Origin: Somniosus microcephalus | Lineage: Eukaryota | Direction: 5' to 3' | Length of the DNA: 64,000 nt | NCBI GenBank assembly: GCA_052327205.1 | Contig: CM126223.1 | Coordinates: 18,910,001-18,974,000, forward strand | Shown: piece after piece, positions 50,901 to 62,429 of the stretch | Numbering within the stretch: position 1 is the first letter of the stretch | How the letters are laid out: each line of letters begins with the position of its first letter | Notes under the pieces: generated by a model | What the model was told of the DNA's origin: nothing | Databases searched by the model: none | Seen by the model: only the letters and a program-made list of their open reading frames with translations | Made by a program: the position numbers and the translations under genes

Positions 50901-53900
50901 CGGCTGGGCGGATCATTATTTAGTTTCAGACAACTCAGTTCCCTGCTTTCGGAGTCGTTATCACTCTTTTGTTCATCTGAACTATTCTCCGTCATCTTAT
51001 GTACCTTCTTGTACTTTCCTTTGGTAGGTTTCTTATTGCTGGTTTTCTTTCCCGACCTGCAGACTCGTGCTATGTGTCTTACTTTTCCACACTGTCTGCA
51101 CACTTTTGGGCTTGCGTTTTCTTCAATTTTAATCGTCGCTGTCATGCCTTTTAGTGTTCCGAGTCCTTGCTGGAACATTTCTTTTGCGTCAGTTAGGATC
51201 TTTGACAGTCGCCCAGGTGTGACGTCGTCATCCTTTTTGTCAGCCACAGTCAGTGCCTGTATGGAATGCCAATCCAGTTGTATTTTCCGGATCCATTCAC
51301 GTCCCAGTAATGGTGGTCCTCCATCTTGCAATACATACAGGTCTAGTTTTGGTGTTTCCTTACCGTTATATATAACGGTCAGCCTTATTTTTCCTTTGGG
51401 ATAGACTTTTTGCCCCGTGTACATCTTCAAAATAATTTTTGTGTCTCTCAAGGGTATGTGTGAGAATAGCCGCTCGTAGTCCCGTCGGTTTATGACTGTT
51501 AGGGCTGATCCTGTGTCCAATTCCATCTTTACCTGGACTCCTGCTAACTTGAGAGTGACCCAAATGGTTCGGTGATCCTCCGTTGTGATCACATTATGTA
51601 GTTTCAGACAACTCAGTTCCCTGCTTTCGGAGTCGTTATCACTCTTTTGTTCGTCTGAACTATTCTCCGTCATCTTATGTACCTTCTTGTACTTTCCTTT
51701 GGTAGGTTTCTTATTGCTGGTTTTCTTTCCCGACCTGCAGACTCGTGCTATGTGTCCTACTTTTCCACACTGTCTGCACACTTTGTCTTTGAACCAGCAA
51801 TCATTCTGGTCGTGTGTTGTTCTGCCGCAGTGATAGCACTTCTCTGTTCCATATGACATTTTGTTTGTGCCATATTCTTGCGGTCTCTGTTGTATCTCTG
51901 CAGCGCCCCGTGCTGCTGCTTCATATGATACCGCAATGCTGAAAGCCTTTTCCAGCGTAAGGTCCTTTTCAGATAAAAGCCGTTTCTGGGTTCCTTCACT
52001 TTGAAGCCCACACACAAACTTGTCCCTTAAGGTATCTGCCAGTCCCGCTCCAAACTGGCAGTGTTTCGATAGTTTGCGCAGTTCTGTTAAATAATCAGCA
52101 TTGCTTTCATCCTTATGCTGGTTCCGTTTGTGAAACTTGAATCTTTCTGCTATCAGCAGCAGTGTGGGGTTTAAATGTTCCTTTAGTATCGTTACTATGT
52201 CTTCAAAACTCTTTTCCATTGGCTTCGTTGGGGTAACTAGATTTCATAATAAACCATACATCTTTGCACCCATTAAATTTAACAATACCGACGCTTTCTT
52301 GTCATCTGACACCTCATTTGCCTTGCAGTACACCTCTATTCGTTTGACATATGTAGTCCAATCTTCGACTTCATTGTCAAATACGGTGATACTGCCACTC
52401 TTCGGCATTTTGGGTGTGGTTTAAAATGGCATCGCCCAATGGCTTAAAATGGCATCTCCCGTGCTTTCCTTCCTCCCCCGCTGCTGCCAACGCCGCTCCC
52501 GGCGGTTCTCGTGGCAATGGCGGCGCCCTGTAGGTTTCACGCGCTTCTCCTGCGCTGCTGCCAACGCCGCTCTCGGCGGTCCTCGTGGCAATGGCGACGC
52601 CTCGCGGGTTTCTGCGCATCTCTCTCTCCCTCTCTCCGACGCTGCTCGGCCCCTGAACACCGGCTGCGCCCTGTGCGCTCTGCCCTCTCTCTCTCTCTCC
52701 CCCGTCGACGCTGCTCGGCCCTTTGCTGTGCCGCTCGGTCGGGCTCTAGCCCGCCGCTGTCCGGGAAGGGTCTGCGCACTACCTGTTGCCAGCCCATTTT
52801 GCTGGACCACCTCAACTGGAAAGCCAAGCCTGGCTCTCGACAGCCTCCCCCGCAATTCTCGAGTCTCTGCTGGATGACTGGGCGGTTGCCCGTGGTCGAC
52901 GCCCGAATCTCTGGCCTTGACCTCCAATCCACTGATCTCCAGGAACGAATCCCCGGGAGGTGATGCAGAGTTGCAGGTAGGTTCGAACCTGCCTTGTCGC
53001 CAATGTTGCGTCCGTGTATAATAAGACACAGACTGCGGAGAACGGTACAACAGGTGTTTACTCAACGTGGCTCACACTGCAACTGATCTGTACAGATTAC
53101 TACTCAGTGCTATATACAGGTGTGGTCACTGCTGATACTGCAGTATACATGAGCTGTAAAACATAGTTCCCCCCTTAAAAGTATATACATTACAGGTAGA
53201 TGCACGGCAAATGCAGTATAATGTGGATAAATGCGAGGTTATCCACTTTGGTAGCAAAAACAGGAAGACAGATTATTATCTGAATGGCACTAGATTGGGA
53301 AAAGGGGAAGTGCAATGAGACCTGGGTGTCCTTGTGCACCAGTCGCTGAAGGTAAGCATGCAGGTGCAGCAGGCGGTTAAGAAGGCAAATGGTATGTTGG
53401 CCTTCGTAGCGAGAGGGTTCGAGTACAGGAACAAGGATGTCTTGCTACAGTTGTACAGGGCCTTGGTGAGACTACACCTTGAGTATTGTGTGCAGTTTTG
53501 GTCGCCTTATCTGAGGAAGGATGTTCTTGCCATGGAGGGAGTGCAGCGAAGATTCACCAGACTGATACCTGGGATGGCAAGAATGATGTATGAAGAGAGA
53601 TTGGGTCGATTAGGCTTATATTCACTAGAGTTTAGAAGAATGAGAGGGTATCTCATTGAAACTTATAAAATTCTAACAGGACTACACAGGCTAAATGCAG
53701 GAAGGATATTCCTGATGGCGGGGGAGTCCAGAACCAGGGGTCACAGTCTAAGGATAAAGGGTAAGCCATTTAGGACTGAGATGAGGAGGAATTTCTTCAC
53801 CCAGAGTGTGGTGAACCTGTGGAATTCTCTACCACAGAAGGCAGTTGAGGCCAATTCATTAAATATATTCAAGAAGGAGTTAGATATATTTCTTAAGGCT

Positions 53901-54039
53901 AAAGGGATCAAGGGATATGGGGAGAAAGCAGGGACAGGGTACTGAATTTGGATGATCAGCCATGATCTCATTAAATGGCGGAACAGGCTCGAGGGGCCAA
54001 ATGGCCTACTCCTGCTCCTATCTTCTATGTTTCTATGTT
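44930..54039 (+). mobile_element. CR1 LINE (ORF1 plus ORF2, degraded) interrupted by a Gypsy element
   Basis: ORF1 44945-45800 (CRKCIQLQ..., VCCLPGARV). ORF2 45984-48005 resumes at 53195 (QMQYNVDKCEVIHFG). Tail (TTCTATGT)n. Confidence 0.92.
48006..53194 (-). mobile_element. Full-length Gypsy (Mag-like) LTR retrotransposon, defective
   Basis: LTRs 48006-48199 and 53004-53194 (TG..CA); TSD GGTAG on both sides. PBS-like TGGCGACAAGG and PPT AAAAGGGGAGGA on -. gag with two CCHC motifs, protease LDTGS, RT, RNase H (ACDASPYG), integrase (HIDFAGP, SDNGPQF, NGLAERFV). Confidence 0.95.
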
Positions 54040-56689
54040 ACCCACCAGTACTGTACCCCAGTGTTATACAGTAACAGACCTGTATCCACCAGTACTGTAC
54101 CCCATTGTTATACAGTGACAGACCTGTACCCACCAGTACTGTACCCGTGTTATACAGTGACAGACCTATACCCACTAGTACTGTACCCCAGTGTTATACA
54201 GTGACAGACTTGTACCCACCAGGACTGTACCCCAATGTTATACTATATATATTCGTGACAGTATTAAAATATTTGTAAAACCAACAACCCTTTCCCCAGG
54301 ATTTTAACCCTTGTGCTAGCAAAATATTTGCCTAAAGAGCTAAACATAAATAGAAAATTGTCCTGTGTTACTGCTCGGGATTCAGTACTCACTGCTCTCC
54401 CAGACACTCTAAACAGGAAAGTACATAGAGAACTTTCTAAGTTACTGTTTCAAGTTTCCCCAGGTCATAATTATTCTTTTCATGCCAGCTCTCTTTCCAT
54501 GATTGTTTTCCTGTGTGCCCACATAACATGCAATGAGACGCTGAGGATATTTTGCTGAATGATAACTGAAGTTGCTACTGTTGGCCGAGATTGACCTGTG
54601 GCGTTAACACAAAGGGCCATGAACTGTGGACCCCGTCACTTTAATAGAAACATGGGAATTGTGAGATGAAAGAAGACCACGGTCCATTCTAATTCACCTT
54701 CCACCGTCCTGGGCGTCACAACGATAATGGAGTTGTTGACTAATCACAGCGATCAATCCCAATCAATGAGTCTACAACAGACCCAGACATGACACGAGGG
54801 AAACCCCAGTGGTGGAGAGCTTCGGGAACCAGAGGTCCAGAGTCCCCTGTTCCTCCCAAGCCTGCTACACTTACCATGTCTCAAATTACTCACACACTGT
54901 ATCCAAAAATGTTATTTTCTGAAAGAAATCTATCTAATTTGCATTTGAATAAATCAACACTTTCTCCTTCCACTGTTTTCCTAGGAAGCCTGAGCGATTG
55001 ACCACTCACTCACCGAAATATTGGGGGGGTTATTTTAACGCCAAAAAACATGTGGGTTGGGGTCGAGTGGGAGGTTAAACAGTTAAAAATATAAATCCCA
55101 ACCCCAACCCACCTCCAATCCGCCCCCTTCCAGTTTTAATGGAGGTGGGACGGTGGGGGGGGGGGGGCAGTGCGGGCAGCCAACCCACTCCCAGGAGGTG
55201 GATCGTCCACTTATAAATATTATAATGGGGCTGGTGTGCCACCATTTCAAATTTAATTCTGGCTGGTTGGGTTGTACAGGCCTCGGGAAACCCCTCAGCT
55301 AAAAGGAGGCGAGGACTGCTGGATCCAGGAGGTAAGTGCCTTTCTACTTAGCTGCTGGATCCAGTGTCCCTGCCTCGCCAACCCCCCCCCTCCTCTGACT
55401 CATCCGATCTCCCCCCATGGGGTCTCCCCTCACGAGTCCTCCTACCCACCCCCCAAACCCTGACCTCCCGACCTCCGCCCCGCTCCTGCCAACGACCTCC
55501 CACCTCCGATTGCCTTCCTGGCCTCCTCCCTCCGGCCCTGATTCACCACTCCCCCTCCCCGATTCTCCTCCGGCCCTGACCAGAAGCCCCCCCCTCCCCA
55601 ATCCTCCTTCCCCGATTCACCCACACCCCGATCCCCCCCTCCCTCCCTCCTCTCTGCGGCCTAGTGCCGCAGGCCTACCTGCCTGTCAGCCAGCCAGCCT
55701 CTCCATCTGGCTGGGTGCGGGTGGGAAACAGAGCTATCAAAAGTTAATCAGGCCCTGCCGTTAAATTCGGCTGGCCTGCAGGAAACCCGTTCTCCCAGGT
55801 TACCCGACCGCTTTCTAGTCTCCTCCGCCCCCTACCCACCTCCAGATTAAAATTCCTGCCATTGTTTCCGCAGATTATTCTTGAATTTTCCCCCCTTCAA
55901 GCATACGCCATGTGCTCTGGCTCTACTGTTCTGTACAAGCTGAAACAGCTTCTCATGGTCTACATTATCTAGTCCTTTTAAGATCCTTAAAACAGCAATT
56001 ATATCACCTCTCAAACTTCTCTTTTCCAGTGAGATCCTGCCCAATTTACATAATCGCTCTTCATAATCCAATCCCTCCATCATTCTGATTGCTCTCTTTA
56101 ACATTGTTGTTCATGCCAATAACTCAGGTAATAAAGGCACTGTCTAGCATAGAACCCAGCTGTACAGACCAGGACGATCCCAAGCTCAGTCCAAGGTCAA
56201 GTAAGCTGATCTCAGGTTGGGAGGCAGATGGGGTACTACAATTGGCCTCAGTGCCCCTGAGCCAGTGAGGTGGGGGGTGGGGGACGCGAGTGGAGGCAGC
56301 GGTGGGAGGATAATAAACAGAAATCAACCAGGGTGCTTGCTCGAGATAACCATCTAGTGAGCCCTGCTGGAATATTCGCACATTTTGATGTAGATGAGGA
56401 CAGGAATTGCCTGCGCTGTGATGCACCCTATTGTCGAACAGCCTGTTGGCATCACCGTCCAGTCTCACACATGATAAGGGGCCACTTGGGTGGGGACACC
56501 AGTGGAACCAGATTTTCCCAGTGGAGGAAGGGAGAAAATCAGCATGTGGTCAAGTGCTGCCTCGTGAAGGGTGGATCATATCGCCCGAACTTTCCCTGCC
56601 TCCATCTCACGCCACCTGCAGCTCTTCAGTGAATCTCTACAGTCTGTAAACGAGCCACATTCACGGCGCAGTAGAGGCCATTTCTATCA

Positions 56690-56910
56690 CCAATACAAAA
56701 AGAAAATACTGCAGATGCTGGAAATCTGAAACAAAAACAGAAAATGCTGGAGACACTCAGCAGGCCAGGCAGCATCTGTGAAGAGAGAATCAGAGTTAAC
56801 GTTTCAGGTCGAGGACCTTTCATCAGAACTGAGAGAAACGTTAACTCTGTTTCTCTCTTCACAGATGCTGCCTGACCTGCCGAGTGTCTCCAGCATTTTC
56901 TGTTTTTGTT
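56690..56910. mobile_element. Fold-back Penelope-derived pseudo-LTR element
   Basis: Inverted arms 56730-56805 and 56835-56910; sequence matches the 3' end of the Penelope at 63740-63990. Confidence 0.8.
56794..56830 (-). ncRNA. Minimal hammerhead ribozyme motif
   Basis: On -: AGUU-CUGAUGA-A-AGGUC-CUC-GACCU-GAAA-CG-UU-AACU. Stem I AGUU/AACU, intact core, stem II and a palindromic ACGU stem III. Confidence 0.75.
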
Positions 56911-57229
56911 CCATTTCTATCACTGCCTGCCTCTTCATTTCCCCATTTTACAATATACGATATCCACATTATCGATCGCCCGTTACACACCCCTGACCGA
57001 TATTCAGCTCCATCAACTTCAATAGAACTGAATATCGAACGTCTGGCATAACGGGCGATAAATACAATCCTGCCTGTTACACTTTCCCGTCCAAGTCCAA
57101 TTCCACCCCAGTACCTTATCCAATCTGATCTTTCCAACTTGTTCCTTGAGCACAATATACGTGAGGCACAGACACAGCGGCAACGTGGGGTCAGCATCAA
57201 TGGTCAGGGCATTTATTAATAAATAAAAT

Positions 57230-57460
57230 AAAAGATAAATACTGCGGATGCTGGAAATCTGAAATAAAAACAAAAAATGCTGGAAATAATCAGCAGGTGT
57301 GGAGAGAGAAACAGAGTTAACGTTTCAGGTCGATGACCTTTCATCGAAACTGGAAGATGTTAGAGATGAACATCCTCCAATCCTCCATCGACCTGAAACG
57401 TTAATTCTGTTTCTCTCTCTCCACAGATGCTGCCTGACCTGCTGAGTGTTCCCAGCATTT
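57230..57460. mobile_element. Second fold-back Penelope-derived element (hammerhead core mutated)
   Basis: Same pLTR sequence in inverted arrangement; the core reads UCGAUGA. Confidence 0.75.
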
Positions 57461-58059
57461 GGGGCTTTTATTTAGTTTATTAATAAAGTTTAGTTGGTGG
57501 CATTGCAGTCAAGAGATGACGAAGACCAGCTGCGGAAAGCTCGGTGTGACCAGGGATCAAACCTCTCTGGCCTCTCTGGCCATTGAGTTAAGGAGGACGT
57601 CTCCTTGTTGTGAGTCTCAGGCACAGACCTGCCGCTCCATGTGTAGGTGCAGTGATTTATAGCCGGCACCGTAGCCCCCTGCGGAAGACCCAGGACAACC
57701 TAATTGTGTGAGAAATTATCTAGATGTAACAGAGGTTAATGGTCCCCATTATTCTGCTTGATGAACAGAGCCAGGCACCTGTTGACCAGTTCAATCAGTC
57801 ATAAACTCCTGCACACAGCTTGTGGCTTCAATAACGGCTTCATGCAGTGACAGGAATTGCTCAACTGCAATGGTATCCGGAATTTCTTCCTCACAAACCA
57901 GAAAGCTGCTGCTCGTGGACAGCAACCTGTCAAGATAGCAGCAAACTATCTTTACTAAAACCCTGAGGGGCCTTCACGGTGCAATAACTGAGTGGAGATC
58001 CTTTAGAACGTAAGGGGTGATGTGAATTCTAATCGCTGTGGGGACAGAGAGCCACATGT

Positions 58060-58790
58060 AATAGGGACATTAGGAACTGGAGTGCGCCATTCATCTCCTC
58101 AAGCCATTCAATTGGGTCATTGCGGATCTGTAGCTCAACTCCAGTTGCTCACCTTTGCTCCCTATCCCCGATACCTTTATCCAACAAAAACCTGCCAACC
58201 TCAGTCCTGAAAGCTTCAAATGTCCTCGCATCGACAGCCTTTTGGGGGGAAGAGAATTCCAGATTTCTATTGCTATGTGGGTGGAAAAAGTATTTCCTGA
58301 TTTCACTCCTGAACGGTCTGGCTCTCGTTTTAACATTAACTCGGTTTCTCTCTCCACACCTGCTGAGTATTTCCAGCATTTTTTGTTTTTATTTCAGATT
58401 TCCAGCATCCGCAGTATTTAGCTTTTATTTTATTTATTAAGATTCTGTCCCCTCGTTCTGGATTCCCCCGCCAGTGCAAATAGTTTCTCTGTATCTACCC
58501 TATTTTAACATTTTAAACACTTTGATCAGATCACCCCTCACTCTTATATACTCGAGAAAATACAAGCCAAGTTTATGCAAACTGTCCTGATAACAGAAGT
58601 CTCTAAGCCCCGGTATCGTTCTGGTGAATCTGTGATGCACCCACTCCAAGGCAACTATATCCTTCCTGAGGTGAATGAAGGCAGCACTCTGGGTGGGGTC
58701 TGATCAAGGCCCCATACAACTGAAATATAACTTCTTCCCCTTTGTACTCCAGCCCCATTGAGATAAAGGAAAACATTCCATGAACCTTTT
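58060..58790 (-). mobile_element. Old CR1 3' remnant containing a Penelope pLTR fragment (about 58335-58430)
   Basis: RPFRSEIRKYFF..NLEFS; ttaactcggtttctctctccacacctgctgagtatttccagcattt. Confidence 0.6.
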
Positions 58791-59116
58791 TGAATCTGTT
58801 CCACTAACTTTAAATGAGTTGTGTACATGGACTCCCAAATATCTTCGCACTTGCGATGACATATGTTGATGTGAGAGCCGAGGTTAAATTGTGTTTGCAA
58901 ACAGAAGAAGAGCTTAGAAAAATCCCCTTTCATAAAGAGGGTGTCACTTTAAAAACAGAATTATTATTTTTTAAACTTCTGTCCTTTCAACTGCGACACT
59001 GAATGCCAGGAAGGGAGGTGTCCCCCCCACAGTGTACTGTGCTGAGTGAGTGCTCCTTATTGGCCTGGGTTTTGCGGTAGAAATAATGGTGAGGCTATCA
59101 GCGCTCACCGTTATTA

Positions 59117-59524
59117 ACAACAATAACGACTTGCATTTATATAGCGCCTTAAACGTAGTAAAACGTCCCAAGGCTCTTCACAGGTGCGTCCCTCCCTATC
59201 TCTGTAACTACCTCCACCCCTACAACCCTCTGAGATCTCAGCGCTCCTCCAATTCTGGCCTCTTGCATATCCCCAATTTTAATCGCTCCACCATTGGCGG
59301 CCGTGCCTTCAGCTGCCTGGGCCCTAAGCTCTGGAATTCCCTCCCTAAACCTCTCCGCCTCTCTCTCTCCTCCTTTAAGACGCTCCTTAAAACCTACCTC
59401 CCTCACCTGTCCTAATATCTCCATATGTGGCTCGGTGTCAAATTTTGTTTAATAATGCTCCTGTGAATCGCATCGGGATGTTTTACTCCATTAAAGACGC
59501 TATAGAAATGAAGGTTGCTGTTGT
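59117..59524 (+). mobile_element. L2 LINE 3' end with an inverted L2 tail at its 5' side
   Basis: PPYL..RSTIGGRAFSCLGPKLWNSLP..FKTLLKTYL plus tail; 59117-59185 is a reverse-complement tail. Confidence 0.8.
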
Positions 59525-59964
59525 GGGCTTGACATCATCAACTAACAGTAGATCTTATATAACTAGGGCCCACTGTGGTTATCTGTGACTCAACCATCCT
59601 CCATAACTGTGCTGATCTTTATAAGATGTTGTTTCACTTTCTACCAATCAGAGATCCTTGTGTACCCGCACAAGATAATACCGAGAACAGAAGTGCCTCT
59701 GCTACATACCCTTCTCTGCCACCAGGGCAGTTTACAGGCTAAAAGGACAGGTAAACAAAAGTTACAAAGCACTGACAAACATCAACAATAAGAAACCAGC
59801 ATTTGTTGCTTTATTTGCCCGCTACTTTTCTCCTTTACTCTATCCCAGGCCTCCATCAATGATGCTAACTGACCAAAAGGGCAGTTACTTTTTTTACATT
59901 TTCTAATTTATGATGTGCGCTTGCAGTACTGCACTGTGCTCTCTGACTAGTTCAGAGCAGGCTG

Positions 59965-60305
59965 ATACTGAGGGAGAGCTGCACTGTCGGAGGTGCCGTC
60001 TTTCGGATGAGAGGTTAAACCGAGGCCCCATCTGCCCCTTCAGGTGGATGCAAAAGATCTATTCGAAGAAGAACCGGGGGGAGTTCTCCCTGGTGTCCTG
60101 GCCAAGATTTATCCCTCAGCCTACATCAAAAAACAGATTATCTGGTCATTATCACATTGCTGTTTGTGGGAGCTTGCTGTGCGCAGATTGGCTACCACGG
60201 TTCCCACAGTGCAACAGTGACGCCACCTCAAAAAAGTACCTCATTGGCTGTAACGCGCTTTGGGATGTCCTGAGGTCCTGAAAGGTGCTATAGAAATTCT
60301 TTTTT
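59965..60305 (+). mobile_element. Deu-SINE (5'-truncated)
   Basis: Core ggaggtgccgtctttcggatgagaggttaaaccgaggcccc and tail. Confidence 0.85.
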
Positions 60306-60329
60306 CATATACACTAAAATTAAATACAC

Positions 60330-60440
60330 ATAATGCTGGAAACACTCAGCATGTCAGGCAGCATCTGTGGAGAGAGGAAGGTCGGGTTAACGTTTCGGGT
60401 CGATGACCTTTCATCAGAAGCTGGGGATGTTACAGATGAA
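60330..60440 (-). mobile_element. Penelope pLTR fragment with hammerhead core
   Basis: On -: cttCTGATGAaaggtcatcgacccGAAAcgttaac. Confidence 0.7.
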
Positions 60441-60748
60441 CTGCTTAAAAAGGGGGAACAGAGCCAGGGAAAAGGAACATAACAGTCGTGGTGCCTCCCA
60501 CAGTCAAATAGCCTACCAACACTCATTGTCTTGACTCACCGCTGAGGAACGGCGACTCGGGCACGGCACGGTACCTTGGGCATGGAACTGTACCCCAGCA
60601 AGATAGTAGGGAGAGAACTGGGAAGAAAGTTACCCACAGACCAGGCACAACCCCCCACTACCCACCAACCCAGGTCACTTTACTTCGATCGGAAGCAACA
60701 GATTCAAGTCAATTCAAATATAAAATCAGCGAGTGTTGATGCAGCTAC

Positions 60749-61115
60749 CTTTGATCTCTAGTTCCTTTCGGCACCATTGGATAAAGTTGGACACGTTGTC
60801 CCGGGCCAGGAAGGTGCCAGGCTGGGCAGTGGTGGTGTAGGTGACCCCGGCGTGGGGCAGCTTCAGTCTGGAAAGCAGCTCGGGGTAGTCCCGGGAGAAT
60901 TCCTGCGCCACCCTGGTCACATTGTTGGCGTGTTGACACAGCAGCCAGCCGGTCTCCAAGCCCTCCATGAAGCCCTCCAGGGCCATCTCCAGGCCGTACA
61001 GCTCCTTCAGCCACTCGGCCAGGTCCTCCTTCATGGCGCACAGGTACTGCTCGCTGGATTTAAAGGGGCGGATGCTCCTGGAGGTGGCCGACTGGATATT
61101 GTGAGTGTTGGCCAT
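60749..61115 (-). CDS. GAS2L2: GAS2L2 coding exon 1 (start codon, N-terminal CH domain)
   Basis: ATG at 61115 gives [36 protein letters not shown]...[26 protein letters not shown]. The motifs [12 protein letters not shown] and [21 protein letters not shown] are those of GAS2L2. Donor AAG|GTAGCT, phase 1. Confidence 0.93.
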
Positions 61116-61514
61116 GACCGTGCGACTGGGTCTAATCAGACTCACAGCATAATCGATCTGAGGATGTCAATGTCCTTGATCTAACTCACACTGAACGGTG
61201 CCTCACTTGGCTGCTCCGAGACCTTTCCCTTGGCCCCCTTTAATCGCAAACTTGTCCAAAGTGTTTCCTTGGGGTGCAGGGCGGAGGCTGTTGGGTTTGT
61301 CCACCTGGGCCGGGTCGGGGAGAGGTGTTTCACGGGGCCTCACGCCCTCCTGGACACGGTGTTTACAGTCACATACTTGTGTTTCCTACCGATCCCTCTC
61401 CCTAGCGACGGAAAGGCGTCCTCCTCCTACCTTAACCCCTGCCTGCCCGGGCTGGCTGCAAATAACACAAGGCTTCCCCTTGATAAACCGGCTCACTTTC
61501 TCTCTCTTTCTGCC

Positions 61515-61915
61515 TGGTCTCTAGTCAGTTTCTCTCTCCCCCGCCCCCTCCCCCGGTATGGTCAGTTTCTCTCCCCCTGTCTCTGGTCAGTTTCTCTCCC
61601 CCTGTCTCTGGTCAGTTTCTCTCCCCCTGTCTCTGGTCAGTTTCGCTCCCCCTGTCTCTGGTCAGTCCCCCCCCCCCCCCCCGCCCCCATGGTCAGTTTC
61701 TCCCTCCCCTGTCTCTGGTCAGTTTCTCCCTCCCCTGTCTCTGGTCAGTTTCTCTCTCCCCCCTCCCCCCCTTATGGTCAGTTTCTCTCCCTCCCCCATT
61801 CTCTGGTCAGGTGCCCTCTCTTTTCCACAGTCTCTAGTTATATTCGCTCTCCCTCCATCCCTAGATCTCTGATCACTTTCTCTGTCTCCCCCTGTCTGGT
61901 CAGTTTCTCTGTCCC
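61515..61915. repeat. Pyrimidine-rich ~25-bp minisatellite (CTCTGGTCAGTTTCTCTCCCCCTGT)n upstream of GAS2L2
   Basis: Tandem units visible in the sequence. Confidence 0.85.
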
Positions 61916-62429
61916 CAGGCCTCTACTACAGAGCTGTGAGTGCTTTAAAAATGAAAGTCAACATCTTTGATGTAAATAGTTTCTATTAATGTATTTATTT
62001 TTTTTGCTCAGTTTTAATGTATTCACTTCCCTGATACCAATCCCGATCGGAAAGGCTGGGCAGGCGAAGGGCTCCCAGTCTCCAACCTCTCTGTGCCCAG
62101 CTGCTGGGGGATGTACCTGATGCTTTAGTCGACTCATCACACCACCAAATGCTTTGTCCCCTTGCCCCCCTCCCCCCTCAGTACCTTGACTGGAAACAAG
62201 ATCGACAGTTGGGGGATGCTCGGTTCCCCTCGCGCTTCCATCGCCATTATTAAAGAACAAGAATTAAATTGCCTGAAATCATCCTGCAAGTGGATTCAGG
62301 TTTCTAAACTCCCCAGACTCACATTTTAAAAGCCTTGGTTATCACGTTGCTGTTTGTGAGATCTTGCTGTGCACAAACTGGCTGCCGCGCTACCTACATT
62401 ACAACAGTGACTACGCTTCAAAAGTATTT

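Noticed and set aside
52377-53065. Overlapping Arg/Ala-rich ORFs
   Set aside because: GC-rich 5' leader of the Gypsy element with local duplications; no recognisable domain.
55344-55764. Pro- or Gly-rich ORFs
   Set aside because: C-rich low-complexity interior of a probable non-autonomous DNA transposon.
60749-61115. Assignment to GAS2, GAS2L1 or GAS2L3
   Set aside because: [22 protein letters not shown] and [13 protein letters not shown] fit GAS2L2 best. A phylogeny would confirm this.
61230-61970. 246-aa ORF opposite the GAS2L2 upstream region
   Set aside because: Open only because of a stop-free pyrimidine-rich minisatellite.
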